Source: a virus | Lineage: Duplodnaviria > Caudoviricetes | Virus record (IMG/VR): IMGVR_UViG_2847680403_000002 | Span: 2,885 to 66,884 of that record | Direction: 5' to 3' (one strand) | Length of the DNA stretch: 64,000 nucleotides | In this document: piece after piece, positions 43,932 to 53,540 of the stretch | How positions within the stretch are numbered: the stretch's first letter is position 1 | How the letters are laid out: each line of letters opens with the position of its first letter | Notes under the pieces: model-generated | The model's input: the letters and a program-made list of their open reading frames with translations, nothing else | Databases searched by the model: none | Told to the model about the DNA's origin: nothing | Position numbers and translations under genes: made by a program

Positions 43932-46900
43932 ATGATCGATCTGACGAATTCGGCAGGCGTGCCAGTCACGCTGGCCCCCTTTGCCATGGACCTAGACAGA
44001 GGGCGCGAGGAGATCGTCGTGCCGGCCGGCCTGACAGTGGCAGAGATCGTCGCATTGGTGCTGCCAGAATTTCCCGAGGCAGCGCTTCCGCGAGTTCGCG
44101 TCACGCTTGTAGCTTCGACTGGCAAGGCATTCATTCGACAAGCCAATTGGCGCTTGGTTAGGCCTTATCCCAGCACCAATGTGGTCATCACCATCGGGGC
44201 CGGGGCGGGCGCTCTGACGCTGCTGGTGCAGGTCGCGGCCTCCGCTATCTCGAATGCCCTTGGCGGCGCTCTGGCGGGCACGCTGGGCCTAAGCGCGGCT
44301 ACCTGGGCCTCCATCATCGGCTTCGGCATCACGGCGATCGGCGGCATCCTGATCAACGCGTTGTTCCAGCCGAAAAAGCAGAGCAACAAGGACAAGGATA
44401 GCTTCGTCATCGACAGCTGGCAGAACGAGTACCGCCAGGACGAGCCGATCCCTGTGCCTCTTGGCGAAATCAGGCATTCGCCGCCCTTCGCCGCGTCGTC
44501 CTATATCGAGGTGGTCGGCGATGTTCTCTACAACCGGGCCATCTTCTGCCACGGCCTTGGCCAACAGGAGCTTTGGGATCACCGTATCGGCGATACCTCG
44601 ATTAACGATTACGACGAGTTCCAGATCGAACACCGCGGCGCGGTTGGATATCCGGATAGCTCTGTGCCGTTCACGCTCTACACCCAGCAGGTGATCGAGG
44701 ATTCGATCGGTACCGATCTCGTCTGGGAGTGGGCCCGCGACGATGCCGGCACCATGCTGCCCGACGAGTCGATGCAGCCTCAGAAGACGATCAAGCGAAC
44801 GACAGGCCTCAACGCCACGCACGCAATCGTCATCCTTCAGTTCCCGCAAGGGCTGGGAAAGATCACGAAGAAAGGAAAGCGCCAGGAAGAGACCGCAACT
44901 TTCAACGTGGCAATCCGGAAGGCGGGCACTGCCACGGTCATACCGCAGCCAGCCATTTCGATCACGAACAGGAAGTTCGCAGGCTTCTATCGAGCGGTTC
45001 GTATCGATTTCCCATCGCGAGGTGCATGGGAAGTCCAGATCACGCGGACCAGCATTTCGGAACCTCGAGATGACTGGGACGATTCCTTCGCCCTGACCTG
45101 CACATGGGTGGTCTTGCAGACGTTCCGGCCGGAGTACCCGTGCAATACTTCGACGCCGCTGTGCCTCACTGCAATGCGGGTCAAGGCGACGCACCAGATG
45201 AATGGCCAGGTGCAGACCTACAACTGCATGTCGCGCCGTGTCACCGATGGCTTCGGGCAGGGCTGGCCAACCAACATCCCGCGCAACCCGGCGATATCCG
45301 CCCTTTACGCGTTGACCGGACCAGGCCTCACCAAGCCGGAACCGTCGAGCAGGATCAACTGGGCCGCCTTTACTGAATGGCGCGACTATTGCAGCCTCAA
45401 AGGGCTGAAGTTCGATCTGGTCATCGGCAACCGGCAATCTCTTGAAGACACGTTGAAGATGATCGGCGCTGCCGGTCGCGCCTCGATCTATTTCGACGGG
45501 ACATGGTGGACCGTCATCGTCGACAAGCCGCGCACCGTTCCGATTGATGTCATCACACCGAGGAATGCCTCAAACATCAAATTCGAGGTGGCCTACGCCG
45601 ATCTCCCCGACGCGCTGCGCATCAAGTTCCAGGACAGCACCAACAACTTCCAGCCGGCCGAGCGTGTTGTGAGGCGCCCTGGTTTCGCTGGCACGGTCAT
45701 GACGACGGAAGCCATGGAGATGCCGGGAAAGACCGATCCTGACGAGATCTATCGCGAGGCGGTTCGCCGCTTCTACGAACTGCAGTTCCGAAACGTCGCA
45801 TACAGCGCCACACAGGATGGCATCGCGCGCTCGGCGACACGCGGGGACCTTGTCCAAGCCTCGAAGGACATCTTGCGTAGGACGATGGCCTCGGCCCGGG
45901 TGAAGGCGGTTCGCGGCAACCTGATCGAAGTCGACGAGGTCTGGCAGATCAAGGCTGGTGTATCCTACGCCGTTGGTTTCCGCGTGCTTGGAGACGAAGG
46001 CAATCCGCTCGGTCAACATGTCGTGCGCCAGATCACGTCAGTTCCAGGCGATGTTCGCACATTCGTTCTGACTGGTGACGGCCTCGCACCCGAAACCGGC
46101 ACGATCATCATGCTCGGCGAGTATGGTTCGGAAAGCATTCCGCTTATCCTCACCGGCATCCAGCGCCGCGACGACGGTGGATCTGATCTGACCCTCCTGC
46201 CATCGGCGCCAGAGATCGATGAGCTCACGGATGCCATCGTCATCCCCGCATGGGATAGCAAGGTCGGCGATGTGGTCGACCAGTCGGGCATTGTCCCCGA
46301 CGCTCCGAAGATCGTCTGGGTTCGCTACGATGCAGGCACATCGAAGACGCTTGTTCGGCTGGAGCCGGCGCCGACCAACGTCGTGGAACTGGCGAGCTTC
46401 ACCCTTCGACATCGACTGGCCGGATCGCCCACATGGTTGACGGCGTCCTCGTCGGTGTCCAGCGCCAGCGTGGAGCTTACCGGATATTCAACCGGCTCTC
46501 ATATCGAACTGCAGGCACAGGCAACGTCAGCTTGGGGAACACCTGGGACGTGGGGGGTGATCATATCTGTGATCATTGACGGAACGTCTCTGCCATCGTC
46601 TCTCCCGGCAGCCAGCATCCAGATCATTGGCAAGCTCGGTCAGGCTGAAATCACTTTCGCAACCGGGCCTGACCCGAACACGGAAGAAGTCAGGATCTAT
46701 CGGGATGGCGTCGCATTGTCGGCTACAGTTCCAGTTTCGCCCAACGGAACTTTCGGGCGCATCGACGGAGATTCCACGCGCGTCACGCTGGTGACCAACG
46801 GCACATTCGACGCTGACGCGAATTGGACCAAGGGAACGGGCTGGGCGATCGCGGCTGGTAAAGCCACAAAGACCGCAGGAACAGCATCCGACCTCAGCCA

Positions 46901-47243
46901 GGCCGTTACGATGACAGCCGGCAAGGTATACCGCGGCGCTGCGACTGTGTCCGGTAGAACAGCAGGCACCGTCACGCCGAAGCTGACCGGCGGCGCAACT
47001 GTATCTGGGTTGGCCGTCTCTGCGAACGGGCAGTTCCTGTTCCGGCTGACCGCCGGCACATCGCCAACGACACTTGTGTTCTCAGCCGACAGCACGTTCA
47101 ACGGCTCGATCGACGACGTCGTTCTTTTCGAAGAGACGGCGGCGTGCCTTTCACAAGGCGGCCATACCTACAAGCTCGAGCCGTTGAACGCTGACGGCTT
47201 GGCCGGCCCGCAGTCAGCCGACATCACCCGCACGGTCATCTGA
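43932..47243 (+). CDS. Host-specificity / TipJ-like central tail protein with C-terminal carbohydrate-binding-like domain
   Basis: 1103 aa; EPIPVPLG, RNPA; LVTNGTFDADANWTKGTGW... Confidence 0.82.
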   Translation: MIDLTNSAGVPVTLAPFAMDLDRGREEIVVPAGLTVAEIVALVLPEFPEAALPRVRVTLVASTGKAFIRQANWRLVRPYPSTNVVITIGAGAGALTLLVQVAASAISNALGGALAGTLGLSAATWASIIGFGITAIGGILINALFQPKKQSNKDKDSFVIDSWQNEYRQDEPIPVPLGEIRHSPPFAASSYIEVVGDVLYNRAIFCHGLGQQELWDHRIGDTSINDYDEFQIEHRGAVGYPDSSVPFTLYTQQVIEDSIGTDLVWEWARDDAGTMLPDESMQPQKTIKRTTGLNATHAIVILQFPQGLGKITKKGKRQEETATFNVAIRKAGTATVIPQPAISITNRKFAGFYRAVRIDFPSRGAWEVQITRTSISEPRDDWDDSFALTCTWVVLQTFRPEYPCNTSTPLCLTAMRVKATHQMNGQVQTYNCMSRRVTDGFGQGWPTNIPRNPAISALYALTGPGLTKPEPSSRINWAAFTEWRDYCSLKGLKFDLVIGNRQSLEDTLKMIGAAGRASIYFDGTWWTVIVDKPRTVPIDVITPRNASNIKFEVAYADLPDALRIKFQDSTNNFQPAERVVRRPGFAGTVMTTEAMEMPGKTDPDEIYREAVRRFYELQFRNVAYSATQDGIARSATRGDLVQASKDILRRTMASARVKAVRGNLIEVDEVWQIKAGVSYAVGFRVLGDEGNPLGQHVVRQITSVPGDVRTFVLTGDGLAPETGTIIMLGEYGSESIPLILTGIQRRDDGGSDLTLLPSAPEIDELTDAIVIPAWDSKVGDVVDQSGIVPDAPKIVWVRYDAGTSKTLVRLEPAPTNVVELASFTLRHRLAGSPTWLTASSSVSSASVELTGYSTGSHIELQAQATSAWGTPGTWGVIISVIIDGTSLPSSLPAASIQIIGKLGQAEITFATGPDPNTEEVRIYRDGVALSATVPVSPNGTFGRIDGDSTRVTLVTNGTFDADANWTKGTGWAIAAGKATKTAGTASDLSQAVTMTAGKVYRGAATVSGRTAGTVTPKLTGGATVSGLAVSANGQFLFRLTAGTSPTTLVFSADSTFNGSIDDVVLFEETAACLSQGGHTYKLEPLNADGLAGPQSADITRTVI

Positions 47244-47269
47244 CCAGCTTCTGAACATCGAGGATCATC

Positions 47270-49564
47270 ATGAGCATTGATGGCATTCGCGCCGTCGATA
47301 AGGAGCCTTTGGCTGCTTTCGACTTCCTCTTCGGCATGTCCATTGCCAATGGACAGCGTGTCGGTCCGCGACCAGTCGGCGCGCAGGACGTTGCTGTCCA
47401 GATTGGAAGTGCTTTGCCACTTGGCGCGGTGAAAGCCTACCCATCTGTGGCCGCGATGAATGCGGATACTGCCCCGGCCGCTGGTACGCTGGCTTATGCC
47501 GAGGGCAAGACTTACCGCAAGACGGCAGCATCGGGTTCCGCGGGGTGGGAAGTCTTCCTGGACTTCATTCCGGGGGCGCAGCTGATCAGTGCCCCTGTGA
47601 CGGGTGGCACCTCAAACGCGGTTCTTGCTACTTCGGCATCGCCAGTGTCAGCTGTGGCCTACAAGCAACTGATCCTTGTCGGTCCGTTTTCGGCTGCCAA
47701 CCCGACTGCGGGCATGACGGTATCGATCAATGGCGAAGCGCCGCGCGCCTTGGTGACAAACACGGGTGATCCCATACCGCCGAACTATGTTCGCACCAAA
47801 ATGTCCGCGCTTGTGGTGCTCGACGCCGACGGCAAGTACCGCCTGTTCAGCTACGGCGATGCGTCTGCGATTCAGGCGGCGGCAGAAGCGGCAAAGCTCG
47901 CTGCTGAAGCTGCGCGGGACACAACGCTGGCGGCGCTTTCATCGGTGTTGGCTCCGAGGGCGACACGTGCGTTGGCTATTGCTGACAATCCGGGCGCTTC
48001 GCCCGATCCGGAATATTATGATGTTGCATACTACGATGCGACCTATCAGCCAGGATCCGGCGCCCGATATCGGAAACGCGCTTCAACCCCCGGCACCCCG
48101 GATGCGTTTCGCAATCGTGGCGGAACTGGTTCGTGGTACAGCATCGACACAGCGGAAAAGACCCCGCAAATGTTCGGTGTTTGTGGGGTCGGCGGCGATG
48201 ACAGCGCGGTGTTTTCCGCGCTCAACACTTCTGGCCTCACCGGTACCATTTACATTCCCGATGGCACCTACATTCTGGAGAATGTCACATTCCGACGTTC
48301 CGTTTGTGGTGCAGGCCCCGGGCGTACCATCCTGAAACATAAGGCGAATTCTACCACGGTAGCCTTCCAGATAATCGGAAGTTCGCCAACCATTTCGAAT
48401 TTGACGATTGACGGCGACAAGGCAAATCAGCCGAACAGACCAACACTCATGACTGCCAATGGTGGTGACTTCACATTTGAAAATGTGAATTTTCTGAACA
48501 GCGTCTATACCGCAATCCATCTCCAGAACTTTGTTACTGCTATCTTCCGTGGCTGCATCTGGCGTGGAATGGCTTATCACGGTGGCACAACTGGACAACA
48601 AACCATGTGTGCGTTGCTGGAGGCAACAGACAAGGCGCTGGCCATCTTCGATGGATGCAAGTTCATCAATGTCGGTTCTCCTAGCCTCAGCGCTCCGGGC
48701 GGCGTCCTCGCTACGCACAAAAGCGTATCCCTGATTTTTCGAGGGAATTACTTTTACCGGATTGGACAAGGGGCCGCGTCAAATTTCATTGGGTGCATCG
48801 ATGCCTATCAAGAGGGTATCGACAACGTGATCGTCGGAAACATCTTCGAGGAGATTTGCTACTCAGCGGTCAAGCTGTCCTCTTCGAAGCAAAATCTCGT
48901 GGCCGACAATATCATTGATGGCTTTGACAGCGGCGGGAGTACCGCGATCCCTGCCATCGTTGTCGCCTTCCGACCAACCGACCAAATAACTCAGAAAGTC
49001 TCCGTAAAGGGGAACGTGATCGGCGGCACAATTGGTGCCGGCAAGTCCGGCATCGAGGTCTACGGCGCTAGCGGCAACAGCATTCAGAACGTGCAGATCG
49101 AAGGCAACATTGTTACGACGCCGGGCACTTCGATACTCGTACAGTTTGCGAACGTCGTTAAAATCTTGAACAATGATGTCAAATCAACGACTGCAACCAA
49201 TCCAATTCGCATGGCAAATTTGGCCAGCGCGTCGATCGATATCAACGGAAATACCATCCGGGATTCGGTCGGCATCCCTATCGACGTAACTGCCGCCGAC
49301 GGCTGTGCTGGGTCGATCGTGTCAGCATGTGGAAACACATTGATTGGTGGATCTTTGGCTGTTCCAATCCGCATGGACGGGATCGCCCGTGCGAAGGTCA
49401 ACGATAACACGATGACCGGATTTGGAACCGCATCGGTGCGTCTTTATAATATCGTCGGGAATGGTGTAGTGGTGGGCAATATGACCGATGGGGCCATTAC
49501 CCTAGACACAGCTGGGACTACGGCCGGGAAGATCAAAGACTTAGGTAACACTTGGAATGCGTAG
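47270..49564 (+). CDS. Tail spike/fibre with right-handed beta-helix (pectate-lyase-like)
   Basis: TPQMFG...DDSAVF...IYIPDGTY, many IxGN repeats. Confidence 0.82.
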   Translation: MSIDGIRAVDKEPLAAFDFLFGMSIANGQRVGPRPVGAQDVAVQIGSALPLGAVKAYPSVAAMNADTAPAAGTLAYAEGKTYRKTAASGSAGWEVFLDFIPGAQLISAPVTGGTSNAVLATSASPVSAVAYKQLILVGPFSAANPTAGMTVSINGEAPRALVTNTGDPIPPNYVRTKMSALVVLDADGKYRLFSYGDASAIQAAAEAAKLAAEAARDTTLAALSSVLAPRATRALAIADNPGASPDPEYYDVAYYDATYQPGSGARYRKRASTPGTPDAFRNRGGTGSWYSIDTAEKTPQMFGVCGVGGDDSAVFSALNTSGLTGTIYIPDGTYILENVTFRRSVCGAGPGRTILKHKANSTTVAFQIIGSSPTISNLTIDGDKANQPNRPTLMTANGGDFTFENVNFLNSVYTAIHLQNFVTAIFRGCIWRGMAYHGGTTGQQTMCALLEATDKALAIFDGCKFINVGSPSLSAPGGVLATHKSVSLIFRGNYFYRIGQGAASNFIGCIDAYQEGIDNVIVGNIFEEICYSAVKLSSSKQNLVADNIIDGFDSGGSTAIPAIVVAFRPTDQITQKVSVKGNVIGGTIGAGKSGIEVYGASGNSIQNVQIEGNIVTTPGTSILVQFANVVKILNNDVKSTTATNPIRMANLASASIDINGNTIRDSVGIPIDVTAADGCAGSIVSACGNTLIGGSLAVPIRMDGIARAKVNDNTMTGFGTASVRLYNIVGNGVVVGNMTDGAITLDTAGTTAGKIKDLGNTWNA

Positions 49565-49774
49565 GCCGGCAAAATCGAGGAATTCGACTGTTTAGTACGC
49601 AGAAGTCGTTTTGACGGTATGCGTTGCCTTACCGTCAATCTGCGAAACCAAATGCGGCTCTTCTCGGAGCATCGAAGTCAAAATCGTCGCGCCGAGCGCG
49701 AGTGTGATGGCCAGAAAAACAAACAGAGTGTGCCTGAGCATAGCTATTCGTCTCGGTGGAGATGATGCCGCATT

Positions 49775-49936
49775 TTAGCCCTTGTGAGGCGTTGGGTCTT
49801 TTGGCTTCATCGACGCAGGAGGTTGAGGGCGTGACGTTACTTTCGACGTTGCAGTGTTCACGCCGGCCTTTTCCTGGAAACCTCCAGAAATTGGTCGGAT
49901 AGAGATATGTGTGCTTTGTTTAACGGCGCTGCTCAC
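49775..49936 (-). CDS. Small Pro/Lys-rich peptide (53 aa) coupled to the DUF6338-like gene
   Basis: GTGA overlap, GGAG RBS; ...GGFQEKAGVNTATSKVTSRPQPPASMKPKD... Confidence 0.5.
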   Translation of the reverse strand: MSSAVKQSTHISIRPISGGFQEKAGVNTATSKVTSRPQPPASMKPKDPTPHKG

Positions 49937-50583
49937 GATTTTGCTCCGTTGGTTATGTTCTCGCTGGTCGCAGGGAACTCGATATGAAGTCCCTCCGTCT
50001 TACGAGATATATAAACCCGAGGCGTCTCGAAAAGAAGATCACCCTCGAAGTTGAAAACTTGCACACGTACAAGAGCGAGTTCGCGTAGTCGTCCGGACTC
50101 GGAGAATGCATTTACCCATCCTGCGTAGACGATCTTGTTCTCAAAATCGCGGACGTGGACATACTCCGCAGCCGCGTCGCCAGAGTTGAAAACGAAATCC
50201 CAGACGTCCTCGTCGCCGTATGATTTCGTCGCCTTTATGGTCTGAAGGATGCGCGCCATCAATTTCCAGTTTATGGCGTACATCCAAAGAACGCTCAGTA
50301 CCAGGCCGATGCATGTGGCGACGGCAATTTGGATGGCTATTGCGCGGGTGATAACATTCGCTTTGTCGACTTGTGTAAAATCGACGAACGTAAACTCGTG
50401 GCCGACCGCCCAGAACACCACATACGTCACCACGTAGCTGGCAAGTCCGAATAGCAGTGTCCTCGCAAGGTATTCGACTTGGGTTGGCTTGGTCTTGGAT
50501 GCGAACTTCGTTTCAAGGTGCGTCCAGAGAACGCCAGGGAGCAACAAAATCGCCAATTGGATCAGGAATGGGCTAGGGGTCAT
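49933..50583 (-). CDS. DUF6338-like membrane protein
   Basis: ILLLPG...three TMs...DVWDFVF...YAGWV...S...REL. Confidence 0.7.
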   Translation of the reverse strand: MTPSPFLIQLAILLLPGVLWTHLETKFASKTKPTQVEYLARTLLFGLASYVVTYVVFWAVGHEFTFVDFTQVDKANVITRAIAIQIAVATCIGLVLSVLWMYAINWKLMARILQTIKATKSYGDEDVWDFVFNSGDAAAEYVHVRDFENKIVYAGWVNAFSESGRLRELALVRVQVFNFEGDLLFETPRVYISRKTEGLHIEFPATSENITNGAKS

Positions 50584-50765
50584 TCGCCAGCCTTGAGATA
50601 TCCGTGGCTGATGAGCCAATCCCGCAAGATACGGCGTATTACTTCCGGCCGAGATTCTTCTTTGAGATCGCGCGCGGCGTCTTCAAGCGGGACCATCAAC
50701 TCCGGCTGCAGCCTTACCATTATAGGGAGGCCGGTGGCACTTGGGCGCTTGCGTGGCGTTTTCAT
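50580..50765 (-). CDS. Ribbon-helix-helix regulator
   Basis: RPSATG...IMVRLQPE...SRPEVIRRIL. Confidence 0.8.
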   Translation of the reverse strand: MKTPRKRPSATGLPIMVRLQPELMVPLEDAARDLKEESRPEVIRRILRDWLISHGYLKAGE

Positions 50766-50807
50766 GATATCACGAGTTGACTGACTGATTGTTTGGTGAT
50801 ATCACGA
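50765..50807. promoter_or_regulatory. Divergent promoter with two TGATATCA(CGA) operator copies
   Basis: TGATATCACGA at 50765-75 and 50797-807 flanking a TTGACT -35-like hexamer. Confidence 0.7.
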
Positions 50808-50881
50808 AATAGTCGGGCCGGAAAGAGGTTGCAGCCTCAATCCAGCCCTAACCGAAACGAAGATCTCTGGAGGATCATCGA

Positions 50882-51130
50882 ATGGCTGCGAACGCCAATA
50901 GCACAACTGCGCCCGCGATTGCGACACTGGCAATTCAGGCTAACGCGGTTTCTGAAACCAAGACAAAGACCGTCCTGAAACTGGCCGATACCGTTGCCGC
51001 GTTGATGCAGGAAATCCACGGGGGAACTTGGCGAGCGTTCGTCGAACACGGCGCAAACTCCGAGTTTGTGCTGATCCGTCCTCTCAATGAGAAGGCGATC
51101 TCCAAGCCCAAGCGCGGCGAGGTGGCGTGA
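50882..51130 (+). CDS. Small IHGG-W family protein
   Basis: MQEIHGGTWRAFVEH...FVLI; GGAGG RBS. Confidence 0.7.
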   Translation: MAANANSTTAPAIATLAIQANAVSETKTKTVLKLADTVAALMQEIHGGTWRAFVEHGANSEFVLIRPLNEKAISKPKRGEVA

Positions 51131-51444
51131 TGGGCGACCTTACTCGTCGGCTCTTTCTTCGCCATTCCCTCGCTGTCGGCGCAACTGCATCCGTTGCCGT
51201 GCCTGCATCGAGCGGAGCAACAGCACCGAGACCGGTGCGAGACGTTATCGAAGAACTGGAGGGCCTAATCGCCCAACAGACCGGTGTGCGCTGGTCGGTG
51301 TTTCTCGCTGCCAACGAAGCGATTGTTATAGACGACCACCCGAGGATGCCGACGATCGCTTTTGGTCGCCGGGATGACGCCGAATTCTGGAGCAACAAGT
51401 ACGGCGTGCTCGGGCTTCCGAACTACGGTTGGAGGGTGTTGTGA
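51127..51444 (+). CDS. Protein with twin-arginine-like N-terminus
   Basis: LTRRLFLRHSLAVGATASVA. Confidence 0.7.
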   Translation: MMGDLTRRLFLRHSLAVGATASVAVPASSGATAPRPVRDVIEELEGLIAQQTGVRWSVFLAANEAIVIDDHPRMPTIAFGRRDDAEFWSNKYGVLGLPNYGWRVL

Positions 51445-51764
51445 TGAACAAACTCACTCGCCGTTCCATGGTGAAAGCCATTCCGGCCTGCGGCATGGCG
51501 GCTATCGTGCCGAGTGCAGCAACAGCTATTGGTCCCGACAACTCTGTTTTGGAGGCGATCTCAGAATGGCGCGCCGCCTACCGCCTCGCTGAAACGACGA
51601 ATGCGGCGTGGCGAAAGAGCGAGAAATCCAGAAAGATTTTCCCTGGCTTTTCTACGCCCGAGGGTGACGTCGCTTACGACGCGGCCGTCGCAGAAAGCAA
51701 GGCACGCAACAAACTGCTTTGGGCCATTCTAGGCGAACAACCCGCCTTTGTGATCTCGGCGTGA
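51444..51764 (+). CDS. Protein with twin-arginine-like N-terminus
   Basis: MNKLTRRSMVKAIPACGMAAIVPSAATA. Confidence 0.7.
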   Translation: MNKLTRRSMVKAIPACGMAAIVPSAATAIGPDNSVLEAISEWRAAYRLAETTNAAWRKSEKSRKIFPGFSTPEGDVAYDAAVAESKARNKLLWAILGEQPAFVISA

Positions 51765-51773
51765 TTGGAGGCG

Positions 51774-52199
51774 ATGATGGCAAAAATCACCCGTCGCACT
51801 ATCATGAAATCGATCCCCACCTACGGGTTGGCGGCTGTCGTTCCGGCCACTGCTGCGGCCATGGATAGTCCAGATCGCCAGTTGCTGGCCCTCGGCGTCG
51901 AATTCGAAGCGAGGTGGAGCGCGGAACGCGCTGTCTATGAGGCGGAAAAGGGACAGGACACTCACGAATCGGACGAGCGTTGCAACGCAGCCGCTAGGCA
52001 GACGCGGGAAGTTGTCGAGTTGATGACTGGCCATACCGCAAAGACGTTGGCCGGCTATCGTTTGCTGGCGCGCGCCTACGTTTGGTGTCGTGGCGAAAAT
52101 CCCGATCAACCGATGGCTGTCTCTTTGGATGGCCCTTACGACACAACCGACAAAGCCATCAGATCCAATCTGATCAACAGCCTGCTCGGCCACATCTGA
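51774..52199 (+). CDS. Protein with twin-arginine-like N-terminus
   Basis: MAKITRRTIMKSIPTYGLAAVVPATAAA...DRQLLALG. Confidence 0.7.
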   Translation: MMAKITRRTIMKSIPTYGLAAVVPATAAAMDSPDRQLLALGVEFEARWSAERAVYEAEKGQDTHESDERCNAAARQTREVVELMTGHTAKTLAGYRLLARAYVWCRGENPDQPMAVSLDGPYDTTDKAIRSNLINSLLGHI

Positions 52200-52325
52200 A
52201 CAACTGAATTCCCCGCTGCCATGGGGATGTAACGCGAACGACGAGCTTCTTCGGCTCCGGCGTTCGTGAAAGCGAACCCCAGTGCGTTACCGGGCTTGGC
52301 AGGCCGGACGCCGAAGGAGACCAAA

Positions 52326-52994
52326 ATGCCAATCGCAAAAAAGAATGCGGCACCGCTGTCCGATGCGGGGATAGAGTTGCCACCGCTGATGATCGACCTC
52401 CTGCAGGTAACCCTGATCGGGGATAGCCCACTCATTGTTCATGCTTGGTCCGCCAAGGCCAAGAAGGAAATGCTCGACAAGCAGATGAAGGTGGCCAAGC
52501 CGGCGAAAGAGGCCAAGGACCCGCGTGCCGACTTTGAGGCAAGCATGTACCGTCTGGCTGACGGCGGCTACGGTTTCCCATCGGTAGCGTTCAAGAACGC
52601 CGCTGTCACGGCCGGCACTTCAGTTGCCGGGCTCACTAAGATCCAGGCACGGCAGGCATTTCACATTCTCGGAGAGGACGCCGATATCGAAGGTGCTTTC
52701 GAGGGGGCAATCTCTCGGGTCAATCTCGTTCGTATCGAAGGCGGTGAGCCGACGATGCGCGAAGATATGGTTCGAGTTGGTATGGGAACTGCGGATCTCA
52801 GGTATCGACCCGAGTTCACAAACTGGAAAACCACCATTCTGGTGCGCTTCAATCGCAACGTGTTGAGCGAGGCGCAAATCCTCAACCTTCTCAATGTCGC
52901 TGGTTTCGCCGTCGGCGTAGGTGAGTGGCGGCCGGAGAAAGACGGTCAGTATGGAATGTTCCATGTGGCCACCGAAAAGGATCTGGCCCCATGA
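52326..52994 (+). CDS. Solo Cas7/RAMP-like protein (222 aa)
   Basis: VTLIGDSPLIVH (RAMP beta1), YGFPSVAFKNAA (IPGSSxKG-like), C-terminal Gly-rich loop GFAVGVGEWRPEKDGQYGMFHV; AAGGAG RBS. Confidence 0.75.
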   Translation: MPIAKKNAAPLSDAGIELPPLMIDLLQVTLIGDSPLIVHAWSAKAKKEMLDKQMKVAKPAKEAKDPRADFEASMYRLADGGYGFPSVAFKNAAVTAGTSVAGLTKIQARQAFHILGEDADIEGAFEGAISRVNLVRIEGGEPTMREDMVRVGMGTADLRYRPEFTNWKTTILVRFNRNVLSEAQILNLLNVAGFAVGVGEWRPEKDGQYGMFHVATEKDLAP

Positions 52995-53515
52995 CCGCAA
53001 AGGCAAAGAATGCACCGAAAATAATCGGCTTTGAGTTTGCGCCAGGAGCTAGGTTCCAATCTGGCGATCATCCCGACGCCAACGAAGTCGGGCGGCATAT
53101 GGAGATGCTGCGGGAGACGTATAGGGGAGAGTTGACCCCCGACGACGTTCTGACGGATGCGGCCAATCCAAATAGCCCACTTCATTCCTTCTTCGAGTGG
53201 GATGACACGGAGGCGGCTCGGCTTCATCGTTTGGCACAAGCTCGCGGCCTCATTCGGGCAGTGGTTGCCGTCTATAAACAGCCGGAACAACCTGTGCGGC
53301 GCATGCGAGCGTACGTTCATATCAACGAACCCGGAACCCCTCACTATCGAGAGGTTGGGCACGCAATGTCGGTCAAATCGACCCGCGATATCGTCCTGAA
53401 AACTGCGTGGCGAGAATTCCAGCAATGGCGCCAACGCTATAAGGACCTGAAAGAGTTCGCCGACCTCTTTGAGGTTGCGGATGAAATCGGCCAAAAGCTG
53501 CTTCAAAAGCAGTGA
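52991..53515 (+). CDS. Helical partner protein coupled to the RAMP-like gene
   Basis: ATGA overlap; LTPDDVLTDAANPNSPLHSFFEWDDTEAARLHRLAQARGLI. Confidence 0.8.
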   Translation: MTAKAKNAPKIIGFEFAPGARFQSGDHPDANEVGRHMEMLRETYRGELTPDDVLTDAANPNSPLHSFFEWDDTEAARLHRLAQARGLIRAVVAVYKQPEQPVRRMRAYVHINEPGTPHYREVGHAMSVKSTRDIVLKTAWREFQQWRQRYKDLKEFADLFEVADEIGQKLLQKQ

Positions 53516-53540
53516 AATGCGCGGAGCCGGATGCCCGTCC

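Noticed and set aside
44289-45437. 382-aa minus-strand ORF
   Set aside because: Shadow of the TipJ-like gene
52201-52325. Hammerhead ribozyme in the three-way-junction leader
   Set aside because: CUGANGA catalytic core not found on either strand
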